This document shows positions 42,809 to 55,303 of a DNA stretch of 64,000 nucleotides, in pieces. The translations under genes and the position numbers were made by a program. The notes under the pieces were generated by a model. It was not told the DNA's origin. It was given only the letters and a program-made list of their open reading frames with translations, and made no database searches. Source of the stretch: Chrysomallon squamiferum (taxonomy: Eukaryota; Animalia; Mollusca); contig CM022679.1 of NCBI GenBank assembly GCA_012295275.1, positions 11,160,001 to 11,224,000 of the forward strand, given 5' to 3'. The first letter of the stretch is position 1. Every line of letters starts with the position of its first letter.

Positions 42809-44570
42809 ATATACATAATATATTTCACTGCAGTCAAAAGAGCTGAAACAAATGTTATTTTGTTAAAGAAAAATGACATCCCACCTTAAAACATGATTAT
42901 AACTATGTAACAAAATGTGCTTCAAGGTGAAACAGCAGAATATATCTTAAAAGTCTAGAATAAGAATATCTATTTCATAAACTTAAAATATGCCATCAAT
43001 AAAAATAACTTTTTAACAGCCAATATAAACAATACCTGTGACAAATGGATCCAGAATAAAGAACACAATACACCAATAATTTTTAAAAGAGTAAACAGTA
43101 TGTCAGGAATAATAAATTACAGTGTATGTAGCTGCATTCAAAATAGAAATGGCTTAAATACAGTAACAAATGTTCAAGTATTAGTTAAAAATGCAAGTAT
43201 GTTTAACATAGTTCATAATTTATAAATAGCTTGTTGAAAATCATCTGAACAATGCTAGTGGCAAATAATGAATGAGAAGAAAACTGGTAAACAAAGTTTT
43301 GAGCATTTAAAATAATTAATAATTTAAAATAATTAATAAGTGAATGCAGTTGAAACTAAAAAAATAAAATTAAAAATAAAAATATATATATATAATAAAT
43401 TATGATTGAAAAGTCTATTTTTCTGTTTAACAATGTTTTTAAAATATTATATTTCAATTCTGTGCAGATTTTTGTTTTTTATTATTTTTGGAGCAGTGTG
43501 TTTAATTTTGTTTTTGAGAGGGTTGTTAATGTTTTTCCCCATAGACAACAAGTCATTTACTTGTTCATGCATTAAGTTTGTTTATTCCAATTTAATTCTG
43601 TAGTTGTATTCATCGTATGGGCAAAACCACTTTCATACAAAACAAATATCCCTCTGTGGAATACTATCAGCATAATACCTGTGATAGTTAAGAAAAACTT
43701 GGCTGTGTTTCATAGCTTTTTAACAAACATCACTGACATAATGTCTTTGTGTTAACTACACAAGTATTTTCTATTGCAAATAACAACAAATACAAATGGT
43801 ATTGCTTGCCACTTAAGTGATCAAACAGTGACAACAAAGGAATTCAATGTGGATTTAGTCTTCTGTCGGATATAGAAACAGACAAATTTCAAAATGCCTG
43901 AGTTCACTGACTTACAATGATAGAAATACCTCTGGAAGATAAGAATTTTTTCCTATAACCTATCTAGACTAAAGATATTTTAGTGTTTCAAATGCATTCT
44001 GGAATGTTACAGATATAAACAGAAACAAAAACTAGAGATAGAAAATAGCAGTGTGAAAAAAAAAAAATTCAGTATGTGTGTATAGTTCATACTTAAGATA
44101 TAAATATTTAACAAAATCATGATACAATAAAACCATTTTTGGCATCTTTATGTATTTAATATTTATGTATATGTAATATTATGTGCAGTTTAGCATGCAG
44201 AATAATACTGGATGTTCACTGCTGGTAATAAAAAAACTGCCCATATAAACATATCCTAAGGCTTCAAAGCATCACAGCTGGTTGTCTTAGTACTGTTAAC
44301 AAAACTGTACATATTTCAAAGTAAAATATTTCTTGGTGAAAATATTGATATTTTTCTTGATTTTCACTGTTTCTGTTGTTTCTGACAGTGTCTGAAATTG
44401 TAATAACAATAATAATAATAATAATATCCGCAGAAACTCTCTAAGAAAACTATTTAAGGTACTAAATATTCTAAATGAAAAATAACCATTATCTACTGCA
44501 AACTTCATTAGCTAAAAAGAAAACAATCATTATATTCATAGAGCCAAAAATTCTAACAAAAATTATGATT

Positions 44571-44905
44571 AATATTTATGGATAACTTTTTCAGTTGATT
44601 AACCAGAAATTCTGTCTGAACAAGTCACCACCAATATACCTGTATATAACCACGAATTTTAACTTTAAATGAATGACCAAATTCACAGATAACTGTTTTG
44701 GTTGATTAACCAGGAAGTCTAACTGAATACAAATACCAGTAGGCCATATCCACAGATAACTATTTAAGTAGTTCTGAATAGGGAAACATTTTTTTTTACT
44801 AATATATTGACACATAACTTACTAGATGTAAGTCAGGAGAAAATGTAACAAAATATCTTGACCGATATCCATAGAAAACTGTTTCAGTTGGATGATCAGG
44901 AGTTA
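44571..44905. repeat. Highly degenerate tandem/direct repeats (ATCCACAGATAACTGTTTCAGTTGATTAACCAGGA-like)
   Basis: Related units start near 44575, 44681, 44746 and 44865. Confidence 0.55.
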
Positions 44906-47663
44906 TAACAGAAAACTGTCAGACCTAGAAAGGCAGACACTGACCAATTTCAACTGACTGAGCTAAATGACATTAATGAAGCTTGAAACTACTAAGCTTT
45001 GAGAAACTGCTCACTTCTTACTGACATCAACCTGTATATTAATCACAACAGTTTGATGCATTTATCCAAGCATTTTATCTATTATACAGTTAATTTTATT
45101 AAAGAGTTTATCTTAATTCAACAATATCTCTGTAATTTATATTGTTAGCTAAAGTGTTGATTTCTTTAGTGAGATTAGGAACTTTATAGGTGGTTGCTGC
45201 TACTGCTTTTGCTTTTTTATTATTTTGTAAATCATGGAAGATAATAGATATTTGTAATAATTATGAAAGAACCTTTAAATACCATCTTGTTCTTTTTATA
45301 ATTTTATTTTTATTTTATTTTATTATTTTTTATTTTATTTTGAAAGAATGAATGAAAAAAAAAAAAAAAAAAAAAAATCAAGATCCAGAAATAATCAATA
45401 TCTCAGAAACAGTAATTAAAAACCCCACAAACAACACAAAAAAACAAACCAAAAAACCCACAAAATAAAATGAAATCATAAAGATTATGCTAAAATACCT
45501 GATATTTATGTATTCTCAATGAAAAGCCAACATTTTTTTTTTTTTTGAAACCAAACAAAAGATTACCTCTGTGTTGAATCTAAGAGCTGCTAATGTAAAC
45601 CCCAAGTTTTTTTTTTTTCTCTCTTCAGTTGAAGTGTTGTAAAAATAAGACAATGAAGTTATTTCAAGATAAATGCGAACAGAGTTCTGACTTATCTGCT
45701 CAGACAGCTTACAAAGCACTGGACTGTACACGTGTTTGTGTATTTATATACAGAGAGTTGTGGAACAGCTACATGTAATAGTGCAGGTAGCTTCAAGGTT
45801 TGGGAGTGACAAAGCAATTCATCACACAGAACAAATACTTAAACAACCTCACCCTTTCTTTTTATATACAACATTTCTTTACAACTAGCCTTCCTTTCCC
45901 TTTTTGTTTTATTCTTGCCATGTATCTTTATTTTATTTTTAACTTAAGTTTTCTTTCTTTCATAATTTATTTCGTGGTTTCAGTTTTTTCTGCTGTTGTT
46001 CAGATTTTCATATTCTTTCTTTTTTTTCTTTTTCTTCTTCTTCTTCTTTTTTTAATACTTTTTGATTTAAAAAAGAAGAAGAAAAGAGTAGGAAACTGGT
46101 CTAAAAAGGTCTGTAGGTAAACATATACTTAAGTGAAGTCAAATATCATTTTTAAGCTACAAGAAAAATAAATAAAAATTTGTATTTTTCTTAATATGCT
46201 TTATTTCTAGTGCTTATTATAACCATAAAAGAAACAAGAGGAAAGCAGAGACACTGAGTGAGATCAACTGACAGACACTTAGAGAAAGTGAAAGAGAGAG
46301 AGGAAAGGTATGAGAGAAAAAGAGGAAGTGAGTACAAAGATAGATATTTTTATTAACTGTGTGGGTGTGATGTTAAAGTGCAGTGTAAATGAAGCATATG
46401 AGATTATGTCAAAAAAGAAACAGCCTAATGGAATGTTCACCGATCATGCCGGACTTAAAATGAATAACAAAATAACAAAAATTTCTCATAAAAAAAACTT
46501 TTTAACAGCTTAACCTCTGGCTAATATTTTAACTTTACCTGACAGTCATCATTCTAAACTCTAGAACCATGATTCAACCGACATTAGCAACATTACAGTG
46601 ACAACTGACATCACACAGAACATTTTTAAAGCAAAGTCTCAGGTTCATGAAAATAAACTCATACATCCTAATTAATCTCAAATTAAATCTTGTTAAGTAA
46701 CTGATACTCAGAATCATCAACTGTGCAATGTAAGGTCAATCATTATAGATACAATACAAATGGATGCCTTGAGGTGTTACAGAGTTCAAAATCAGTTCAC
46801 TGTCCATCATTTCTCACCTGGCTGACCGCCTTACATGTGACAGGTGCTTTAGAGTATAAACAGTGTACCCTGTACGTGGAGAACCACATGTATGTTTCAT
46901 AACTAGCCTAATCTTTAATATGTAAACAGTAAATACCTACACTGAACAGTCATGACATCTAATATTATCACTTTATGTTTCTTTAATAGTTTCAACAAAA
47001 TATATATATAAAAATGAAATGAAACAAAATAATCTGCTATGAACATTTAGGATAACCATTATTATATATTTTTAAAATTTCCAATAAACTGTAAAAAATA
47101 ACTATCACATTAGACATTTTCAAACAATCTCTTTATTCATTTCTGATTATCATTCCAATTTTCTAAGTTTCAAAATAAAATATGAAAGAATGATCTGTAA
47201 AGCAGTTTTTTTAATACTTGTATCATAATCTTTTGAAAAGTATTTCTGTAATGAATGTACTTATATAATAATACTGGTTCATGTGAGGAGGAGTATTTTT
47301 ATCAAGTTAATAATATTAAGTAAAATTAGGTTTATTTATACCTGGGGCAATGTTTTGAAAAATATGTAAATCCGTAACTATTTTAAACACACAAATGTAT
47401 GTCTGAATTATTCATTTACAACATCTGACACATCTAAAATAATTAATCAGATATACAGTAAGAGAATTTTAACACTATTTATAAAAAATGTACGGAAATT
47501 TATTATTTCAAATATCTACTTCACATTATGTATACATGTCAAGTATCTGGTAACCATCTGGCAGTAGATATTATTATTATCATTATTATGCTAATTTACT
47601 CAAACAAAGATAATTTATTAAGTAACTTTATTATTATTGTTGTTGTTGTTATTGTTATTGTTA

Positions 47664-47701
<38 letters not shown>

Positions 47702-47944
47702 TTACTTAAACGAGGAAGAAAAATCTGTTGTAAAAATGAAAATATTTTAAATACTTCAGCAAGGTGACATGAGTGCTAAAAAGACGACCTCCTCAGTTCT
47801 GCTGTCTCAACGTGATCTTGATCAAATATCAGACACATGAATCATCTCAGTGTGAGAAAAGGTGAGCCATGCACCAGCATGATGCAACGACAGTCCTCCA
47901 CTCACATAATAATAATAATTTTCTTTTTCTTCAGTATGTCTTAC

Positions 47945-48087
47945 CACTCTGAAAGGTTTGCATTGAATTAGCTTGTGTAATTACACTGACAACCCTTGGA
48001 AGTAGTTTGTGAATTTATGTACAAATTCTTTACCAGTAAATGCAACTGGTTCATTTAGCAATTACATCAGACAATATTCAAACACAT
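47945..48087 (-). other. Candidate non-coding 5' UTR exon (143 nt)
   Basis: Acceptor ATTCTCTATTCAG and donor GTG|GTAAGA. Confidence 0.3.
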
Positions 48088-48416
48088 CTGAATAGAGAAT
48101 ACAAATACAAGAATCATGTCAGTAAAAAGAAAGTAATAATATCATTTTTATAGCATGTTGCTCAACTTTTTTCAACAGATAATTTTTCTTAATAGTGATT
48201 TTTATTTATGACTCACTACTTTTAACAAGGCAGGTTCATTTTTATTTAACACAAAAAAGTATAATAATAATAATAATAATAACAATAATAAAGTTCTTAA
48301 ATTTTCCACAAACAAAATGTAAATACAAAGAAAAATATTAAACTAAACTGATTAAAAAAATCAAAACTGTTAATTTACTAACATTAAAATATAAAAAAAA
48401 TAATAATAATAAAAAA

Positions 48417-48455
<39 letters not shown>

Positions 48456-48737
48456 AATGAATTAAAAATAAATAAATAATACAAAATTTTTGAAAAAGAA
48501 AAAACTCACCTTGACACAAAATAATGTTTTGTACATTATTACTATACTTGTAACACAATTTTAGTTTAAAAGAACTTTGAAGTGCTGTACAATGTATTAA
48601 GTCCTGAAGATTCAGGACTAATACATTTTCAACAAAACAACACTTGATTTTACATGTAAGAAAACTTTCCTTTAAATATTTCTTGAAGCTGTGCAGTATG
48701 TGTACAAAGGACTGTTACTGTCTTAATGTTATAGTAA

Positions 48738-48833
48738 TAAACAAGACATTGTATCTGTAACAGTATCATTTAAACAAGACATATCTGTAACAGTATCATT
48801 TAAACAAGATATTGTATCTGTAACAGTATCATC
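48738..48833. repeat. Three tandem copies of a 30-33-bp unit (AAACAAGACATTGTATCTGTAACAGTATCATTT)
   Basis: Directly visible; the middle copy has a 3-bp deletion. Confidence 0.9.
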
Positions 48834-50100
48834 TGGTATTATTATGTCCACAGGCTCTGAGACTGATAGGAGCATATTTAATTCAGTCTGGATACATTTA
48901 CTAAATTCTCACCTTTGTCACAGTTTGTGCATCTTTAGATATTCTAGATTTATATAAACTAATATTACAAAGTCAGCTGTAAGTACCATGGACTCACACA
49001 AAGGTCTTTTCCTGCCTTATCAGTACCTTATGATATATTAAATAATTGACAAACTCTAACAATACAATCTGTATAGTAAGGCCGTTGTTATCAGTGGGTT
49101 ATCAGTGTTTACCTGTGAATACCATCAAGTTTGTTATCATAAAAACTGCATGGCATCTTATGAAATACCAAACATTTTACATTTGTAATTTGTTTCTTTA
49201 GAGAAAAACACTATGTAGCTGTAGTTATACAGAAAAATATTATAAGAAGAAAGAAGTATTAAATGCAAAATATAAGAAAAGTTTTTATAACATGCCAAAG
49301 AATGCAATAGATAAACTCAGTATAGTATTGTACATTTTATACAGCTCATACACAATTAAAAAATATTACTTTATGTACCACAAACAATGAATTAAAAAAA
49401 TATATATATAAAAATAATGTAGCTTAGCATGCTATACACCAATGAAATTGTATTTAAAAAAATTTAAATTTCATGTTAGAAATTCCTGAAAAAAAAATCA
49501 TAAGAATATACACTGACAAAAGATTTATGAACTGATGTTAAATACAAATAAAAAATATATTTTTCTAGCTACTTAATAGTATTACAGAAAGACAAGTTTC
49601 ACTAAATTATGTTTATTATCAAAATTTAGCATTAAAATATTTTATCAATATCATGAATATGTCTATCAGTTATATTTAAAATATTTTTTAATAATGAAAA
49701 TTCAGTTTTGGATTTAGTGTTAACTGATGCATTCAGTTTATCAAACAATCTAAATTTTACTGTAAGAGTACATCTATTTTTAACAATTCCTATCTTTTTC
49801 AGATTAAATAGATTTTTTTTTTTTTTTTTTTTTGGGGGTAGCAAAATACTACTATAATCATGTGAGCAATTAGAAAAGTTTAATAAAATGTAAAAACAAG
49901 TTCCTAGTTTATAAAAATGCAATATTATTAAACCCCAAAAAAGAATGAAATAGAAAATGGTTTTAAAATAATAAAAATTAACTTTTAACAGTATTTGACA
50001 ACAATATTAACTGAAGATTTAAAAATAAATACATGATAAAATTCTTTAGGATAAAAAAAAAAATATATATTTTTCGTTATTGTTATTACTATTTTAAAAT

Positions 50101-50161
<61 letters not shown>

Positions 50162-50394
50162 CAATTTATTAACAAAACAAAATGTAAATAAATAAAGGAA
50201 ATGGCACATTCTATAAACATTTTTACTGGTTTGTTACATATGTTATTTTTTCATTTTATTGTGATAATTAGCTATCTCAGTAACTGAGTGTCATTATCTG
50301 TATCACATGATTAGCCATCTGATGAAGGTACGCATCACTGACAGTGACATTATCATTTTATATAATATCATTTGGGAATTATTTAAAAAGAAAT

Positions 50395-51170
50395 ACTTAC
50401 GTAATGTTATTCCCATCACTAAATTAAATGAACCATATAGAGTCAGCAGTCTTTTTTTGAGGATGAGAGTATAAATTTACAACAAAGACATCAGCAGTTA
50501 CGAAGTTAGAACATTAATTTTGACATACAGTATACACTAATCACACTGTGTGCTGCGCTTTTTTCTTTCAGTGCCAGTCAATAATTATCTACCATTTACT
50601 ATAAAGATCAGCAAATTACTACTTTTAAATCAAAATGATATCTTGTCAAATTAAGTTATCTATGAAAAGATACAGTAATGGTGTGGTTAACCGGCAAGAT
50701 AATTACTAAAATCGAAAGAAAGTACATATAATACGATGCATCAAAGTGAAGGGAAGTGATAATTGCACCAGTTAATGAAGATAAAAAAAAAAAGTTTTGA
50801 CCTATTTATCCTATAAATAAAAGAAGCTAAGATAGCATTATATTTATATAAATCTAATATTTACAAATAACATAATTCATTACTGACTTGTTAATTTTTG
50901 TTTGTTTATTTTTCAATTAAGTAATTATTTTTTGATAAAATTCCATTTGTGATTCTTTGTGGCAGCATCCGTTGATTCACATCTGTATTTAAATAAACAC
51001 TAGTGCAGACATGGAACCAAATAAAACTGTATAAAAGCCAGCTGGAAAATATAATAAGTAATAATAAGTAAAGAAAAATAAAGAAAAATCTTAAATAAAT
51101 ATTAGTGTAAATTATGGAGAAAAATACTCATGTTTTCTGCGAAGCTGTAATAAATCTAATATGGCAGCGT
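50395..51170. promoter_or_regulatory. Candidate bidirectional promoter between the SOCS-box gene (minus) and COQ7 (plus)
   Basis: Local CpG retention. A minus-strand GTAAGT donor lies at 50400-50395, and a YY1-type motif AATATGGCAGC (51158-51168) overlaps the COQ7 start codon. Confidence 0.45.
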
Positions 51171-54100
51171 CCATGGTATTTGAGTTTTAATCTGCGATTT
51201 CTTTGATTTGAGGAATTTTAAAGACGGTAATACACTTTATTTCTTCTTTTTTTAAAATAAAATTACCATTACAGATTCTAAGACAGTATGCATATATTTT
51301 AATTTTAAGATTTTAGAATGGATAATCGTGTAACAACTCAACGGTTACAAACTCAGGTTCACATGCAATAACAAATAATATATCATTATATGTATTTGTA
51401 TGATATTATAAGCGACCTGAGTTACGTGAGTACCTCGAAACAAAATCATCTCTTATTTTAATGATACTGTCATAGGCATTAGAAGAAATATATTGTAGTA
51501 TTTGGTTATTTATTGTATATTGTAAGTTATATCTGTATTCACTCAAACAATAGTTTATTATTTAAACGACCTTCTTTAAATTATTGCTCACCCTGTTACA
51601 AAATATCAACAAAGACTGAGCCTTCAGTTATACCTACTATCATACTGTAAGTATACGATATTGAAAACAAATAATAAACATGTTGTTTTAATTGATTTTG
51701 AAGTTAACTAATTAAAAATTTACATTGTTAAAATACATATACCGTCATCAGACACTGCAATTATTAATTTGGTGTATTCAAAATGTAGCAGGAAGAATGC
51801 AAAATAATTAAATATTTACAATATATTGTTGTTTTAGACAGTACATTAACATACTGATTAAAAGTTATTGTAATATTATTTTTCTTAAATTATTCAAGCA
51901 TTAACTAATTTGTTAAAGCATTGAATACAGCATACTGAATAGTTTAAATACCAATTTACCAACTTTCAAATACAGATAATTAAATTTTAACATTAACAGT
52001 TTATTCATTATTTAAAATGAAAATGTTTTTTTGTTACCAAAGACTTTTTATTTCAAAAGAAAAATATAATAGGTATCTGAAACAAATAAGGAAAACACAT
52101 AATTATATACCTTATATATTTTCATTATTTAATATAATACTGTGAATATAATATTTATTTATACATTTAATTTTTATTTAATTTTAACTTTAATGTTTTT
52201 TTTAAATTTTCAGGTATTGTTTTAAAAAACAGTTTTCTGTCAAAATGTCCCGTGTTCTTGCTACTAAGGTGTGTCAGCGTGGAGTGTCGTACAGTGTCAG
52301 GGATGCCAAGCGACGTGCTATGTTAGACAGAATTATTCGAGTAGACCAGGCTGGAGAATTTGGTGCTGACAGAATTTATGCTGGACAGTTAGCGATTCTG
52401 GGAAATTCATCAGTTGGCCCAGTTATCAAGGTGAGGCATTTTGAATGAATCCAGGATTTTGAAAATGTTACTTAGAAGATGAAAAGATGAAATTATTGTG
52501 ATTATAATAGATAAAATTTATAATAATGAGTATAGAAAGTAGTGAAGCATCAGTGGCCTGGTTTATAATCTCTATGTGCAGATATATCTGAGAATATAAT
52601 ATAATCCTTAATTTATATATTCTAAAATGATCATTTTAATTCATTGATGTGACAGAGATATTTCTTACTCTCAGAGTATCAAAGAATTATTCAGTACTGT
52701 TGTCTTGATGGGATTTTACAGGTAGTATAAATGTAGTAACAAATATTTGTTTGTCATAAACATTTTAGCAGGTTTGCTAAGCTGAAGTTTAAATGCTGTC
52801 TTGGACATGCTACCTGAGTCTAAATGGTGTCATTAAATTCAAAAAAAAAAATCACTGTTTTACTTATTTCAGCAGTTAAAGAACCAAACGAAACATTTTT
52901 CTCATTCATTAAGCTGGTAGTTTCATTTTTTCCTATTTCCTTTGTGGTTCTTTTTATAGGGCTGAGGTTTATTTTTCAGGAAATGTGGTTACAGGAGAAA
53001 GAGCACCTCCAGACATTTGAGAATCTGGCAAGAAAACACAGAGCTCGCCCCACTGTGATGATGCCAATATGGAACATTGCTGGTTTCGCACTGGGTGAGA
53101 GGATGTGCATTGTATTATCATTTTATTATACTGATGCTATTTTTTCATAATTTTCAGCTGTTACAATTTAGTTTGAAGAATTGTTAGGGATATGTCACAA
53201 ATATAATATACTTAAGGCATCAAAAATATTTAAATATTCAAAACTGCAATTTTAAAACAAGGTTTTAATGGTTCGTGAGTATTTAATGCTTTTTCAAAGT
53301 CCTAAAATGGGCTAGATACTAAAATATGCTTGAGAGAGAAAAGCAATAAGAACATGAACAACTGTTTTTAAATGACTCAGTAATATTTTAGATTGTTTTA
53401 TGCAATTTAAAATTTTTAATTTTTTTTTTTTCAAATATAAAACAGGAGCAGGATCTGCACTGTTAGGGAAGGAAGCAGCTATGGCTTGCACTGTAGCAGT
53501 GGAAGATGTCATAACAGATCATTACAACAAGTAAATCATTTTGTCATTCAACTGTTACGAGCCTGGAAATAATAAAATAGTAAACAGCAACAAAAAATAA
53601 AATACTTACTACAAGTTGCCAGTTCATTTGGACTGTTTTAGTTTCAGCTTTGAAACAGAATTTAGCAATTTTATACACCTCAGCTCTGACAGTTTATTTA
53701 ATTGATTTTTTTTTTTCTCAGTGGTGTAAACTGACCTTGGCCTTGAGGAATGCTGTATTTTCTTGTCCCAAGTTAATATGCAAACATTTGATGTTTTCTA
53801 TGATTTAATCTTTTAGTGAGTGCTTCAGGACTTCAGTTGATAAAGGTGTTTGTGGACAAGGGTGTATATTATCTTTTTGCATCCGTATGTGTTGGAATCT
53901 GATTTACTCAAACTCTGTGCACTATGCATGTATGTGTGTGTGGTTGTGTTTATTAAGGATTTAACATATTTATCTTTCTTAATCAACAATTACTTAATTT
54001 ATTAATTATTTCAAAATAAATAAATAAATAAAATTTAGCATCAGATGAGATAGATTTTTTTTTTTTTATCTCATTTGAATTCATAATTTTGTTTTCAGTC

Positions 54101-55233
54101 AAATTCGAGAACTGGTAAAAGAAGATTCAGAAGGAAATTCAGAACTGCTTGAGGTATTTTCTATTGATAATGAAATCTCTAATATAACTGGAGCTAGTTG
54201 TCTTTGTTAAATGCTTATAAGATAGGCATTTTGATGTAATAACAATAAATCATTTTCATATTAGTGTAATGCAGTTTTATCCTTAAGATAAAAGATAACA
54301 GTTTTGTTCTTTTTTGGGGGAAGGTGTAATGATGAGTTATCTGTTTAAATTTTTATTTCTACTATTTATTATTTATTTTATTTTATTTTAAATGTATTTT
54401 TAGTTTGTGTTTGAAGTTTTATGAAAAAAAAAGTTTAACACTTTGGAATATCATGATAACATTAATGTGCATTTCTTTTTATGTGAATTGGTAATGTTGC
54501 AGTAAAGACCTGAGTATTTATTTAATTTGAGTACACAGTTAATAATTTTACTTTTATTTTTTTCTGTTCTTTTTTTTTCTATATTCTTTAATTTTAAAAA
54601 TATCATTAACAATCATTTATTGTTGTTATTACTGCTATTTTTCGATAATTAAAAAACATTATTTATCAAATCATAAACATTTTTTAAAATATTAGGTTTG
54701 AAAAGTTTATCCAATCTTGTTTCAGGCAATAAGAAAATTTCGAGATGACGAAATGCATCATCATGATACAGGTCTTGAACATAATGCAGAACAGGTATTC
54801 TGGTTTTGTCATCATTAATAACTTTTAAAATGGAATACAAAATAAGGAATTTTTTGTTGGTGTTGTTTTAACCGCTTGTGTCGTATTAGTTTTTATCTTA
54901 AATTTCTGATGTTAAAAAATAATATTCTCCATATTTTGTCATTTGTATTTAACATTCCATCATTTTCTTTTCTTCATTATTATTTTTTGTTCTTTCTTTG
55001 CTCCATTTTTCATTTACTTCTGCACTATTTGTTATAATTTTCTTTTCATTCATTTTATTTCCTCTTTTTTTTATGTGTCTATTTAAGCAATGTTTTGTTT
55101 TGTTACATTCATGGCTTTCATTTGTTAAAAATTTAAGAATTGTTATTTGTTTCAGGCTCCTTTCTACAATGCTTTGACTCAAGTAATTAAAGTTGGCTGC
55201 AAAGGAGCAATATGGCTTTCTGAAAGAATCTGA
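51161..55233 (+). CDS. COQ7: 5-demethoxyubiquinone hydroxylase COQ7/CLK-1, mitochondrial; exons 51161-51175, 52233-52430, 52980-53094, 53446-53530, 54099-54153, 54726-54794, 55156-55233 (204 aa)
   Basis: The spliced translation contains [62 protein letters not shown] and [14 protein letters not shown]-stop. Di-iron E and ExxH ligands are intact. All introns are GT-AG with consistent phases. Exon 1 and the exon-2 acceptor are less certain; the alternative start is 52245. Confidence 0.96.
52233..52430 (+). CDS. COQ7: COQ7 exon 2
   Basis: [12 protein letters not shown]...[17 protein letters not shown]...GPVIK, donor AAG|GTGAGG. Confidence 0.92.
52980..53094 (+). CDS. COQ7: COQ7 exon 3
   Basis: [13 protein letters not shown]...WNIAGFAL(G); flanked by TTTTTCAG and GTGAGA. 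Confidence 0.95.
53446..53530 (+). CDS. COQ7: COQ7 exon 4
   Basis: [27 protein letters not shown]; flanked by AAACAG and GTAAAT. Confidence 0.95.
54099..54153 (+). CDS. COQ7: COQ7 exon 5
   Basis: [18 protein letters not shown]; flanked by TTTTCAG and GTATTT. Confidence 0.93.
54726..54794 (+). CDS. COQ7: COQ7 exon 6
   Basis: [23 protein letters not shown]; flanked by TTTCAG and GTATTC. Confidence 0.95.
55156..55233 (+). CDS. COQ7: COQ7 exon 7 (terminal)
   Basis: [28 protein letters not shown]. Confidence 0.95.
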   Translation, partial: APFYNALTQVIKVGCKGAIWLSERI

Positions 55234-55297
55234 AAGTGTTTGTCTTATTCTACAAACTGTGAAAATCATTTTTTGTATAATAATTATTGTTCATTTA

Positions 55298-55303
55298 AAT
55301 AAA
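55298..55303 (+). terminator. First AATAAA polyadenylation signal after the COQ7 stop
   Basis: 65 nt after the stop, followed by a GT/T-rich segment. Further AATAAA copies lie near 55402 and 55411. Confidence 0.45.

Noticed and set aside
48738-48833. Regularly spaced ~33-bp repeats considered as CRISPR-like
   Set aside because: Head-to-tail tandem copies without unique spacers, in eukaryotic DNA.
52338-52358. COQ7 RVDQAGE instead of human RVDHAGE
   Set aside because: This position is not an iron ligand, and Gln is found there in yeast Coq7 as I recall; all E/ExxH ligands are intact.
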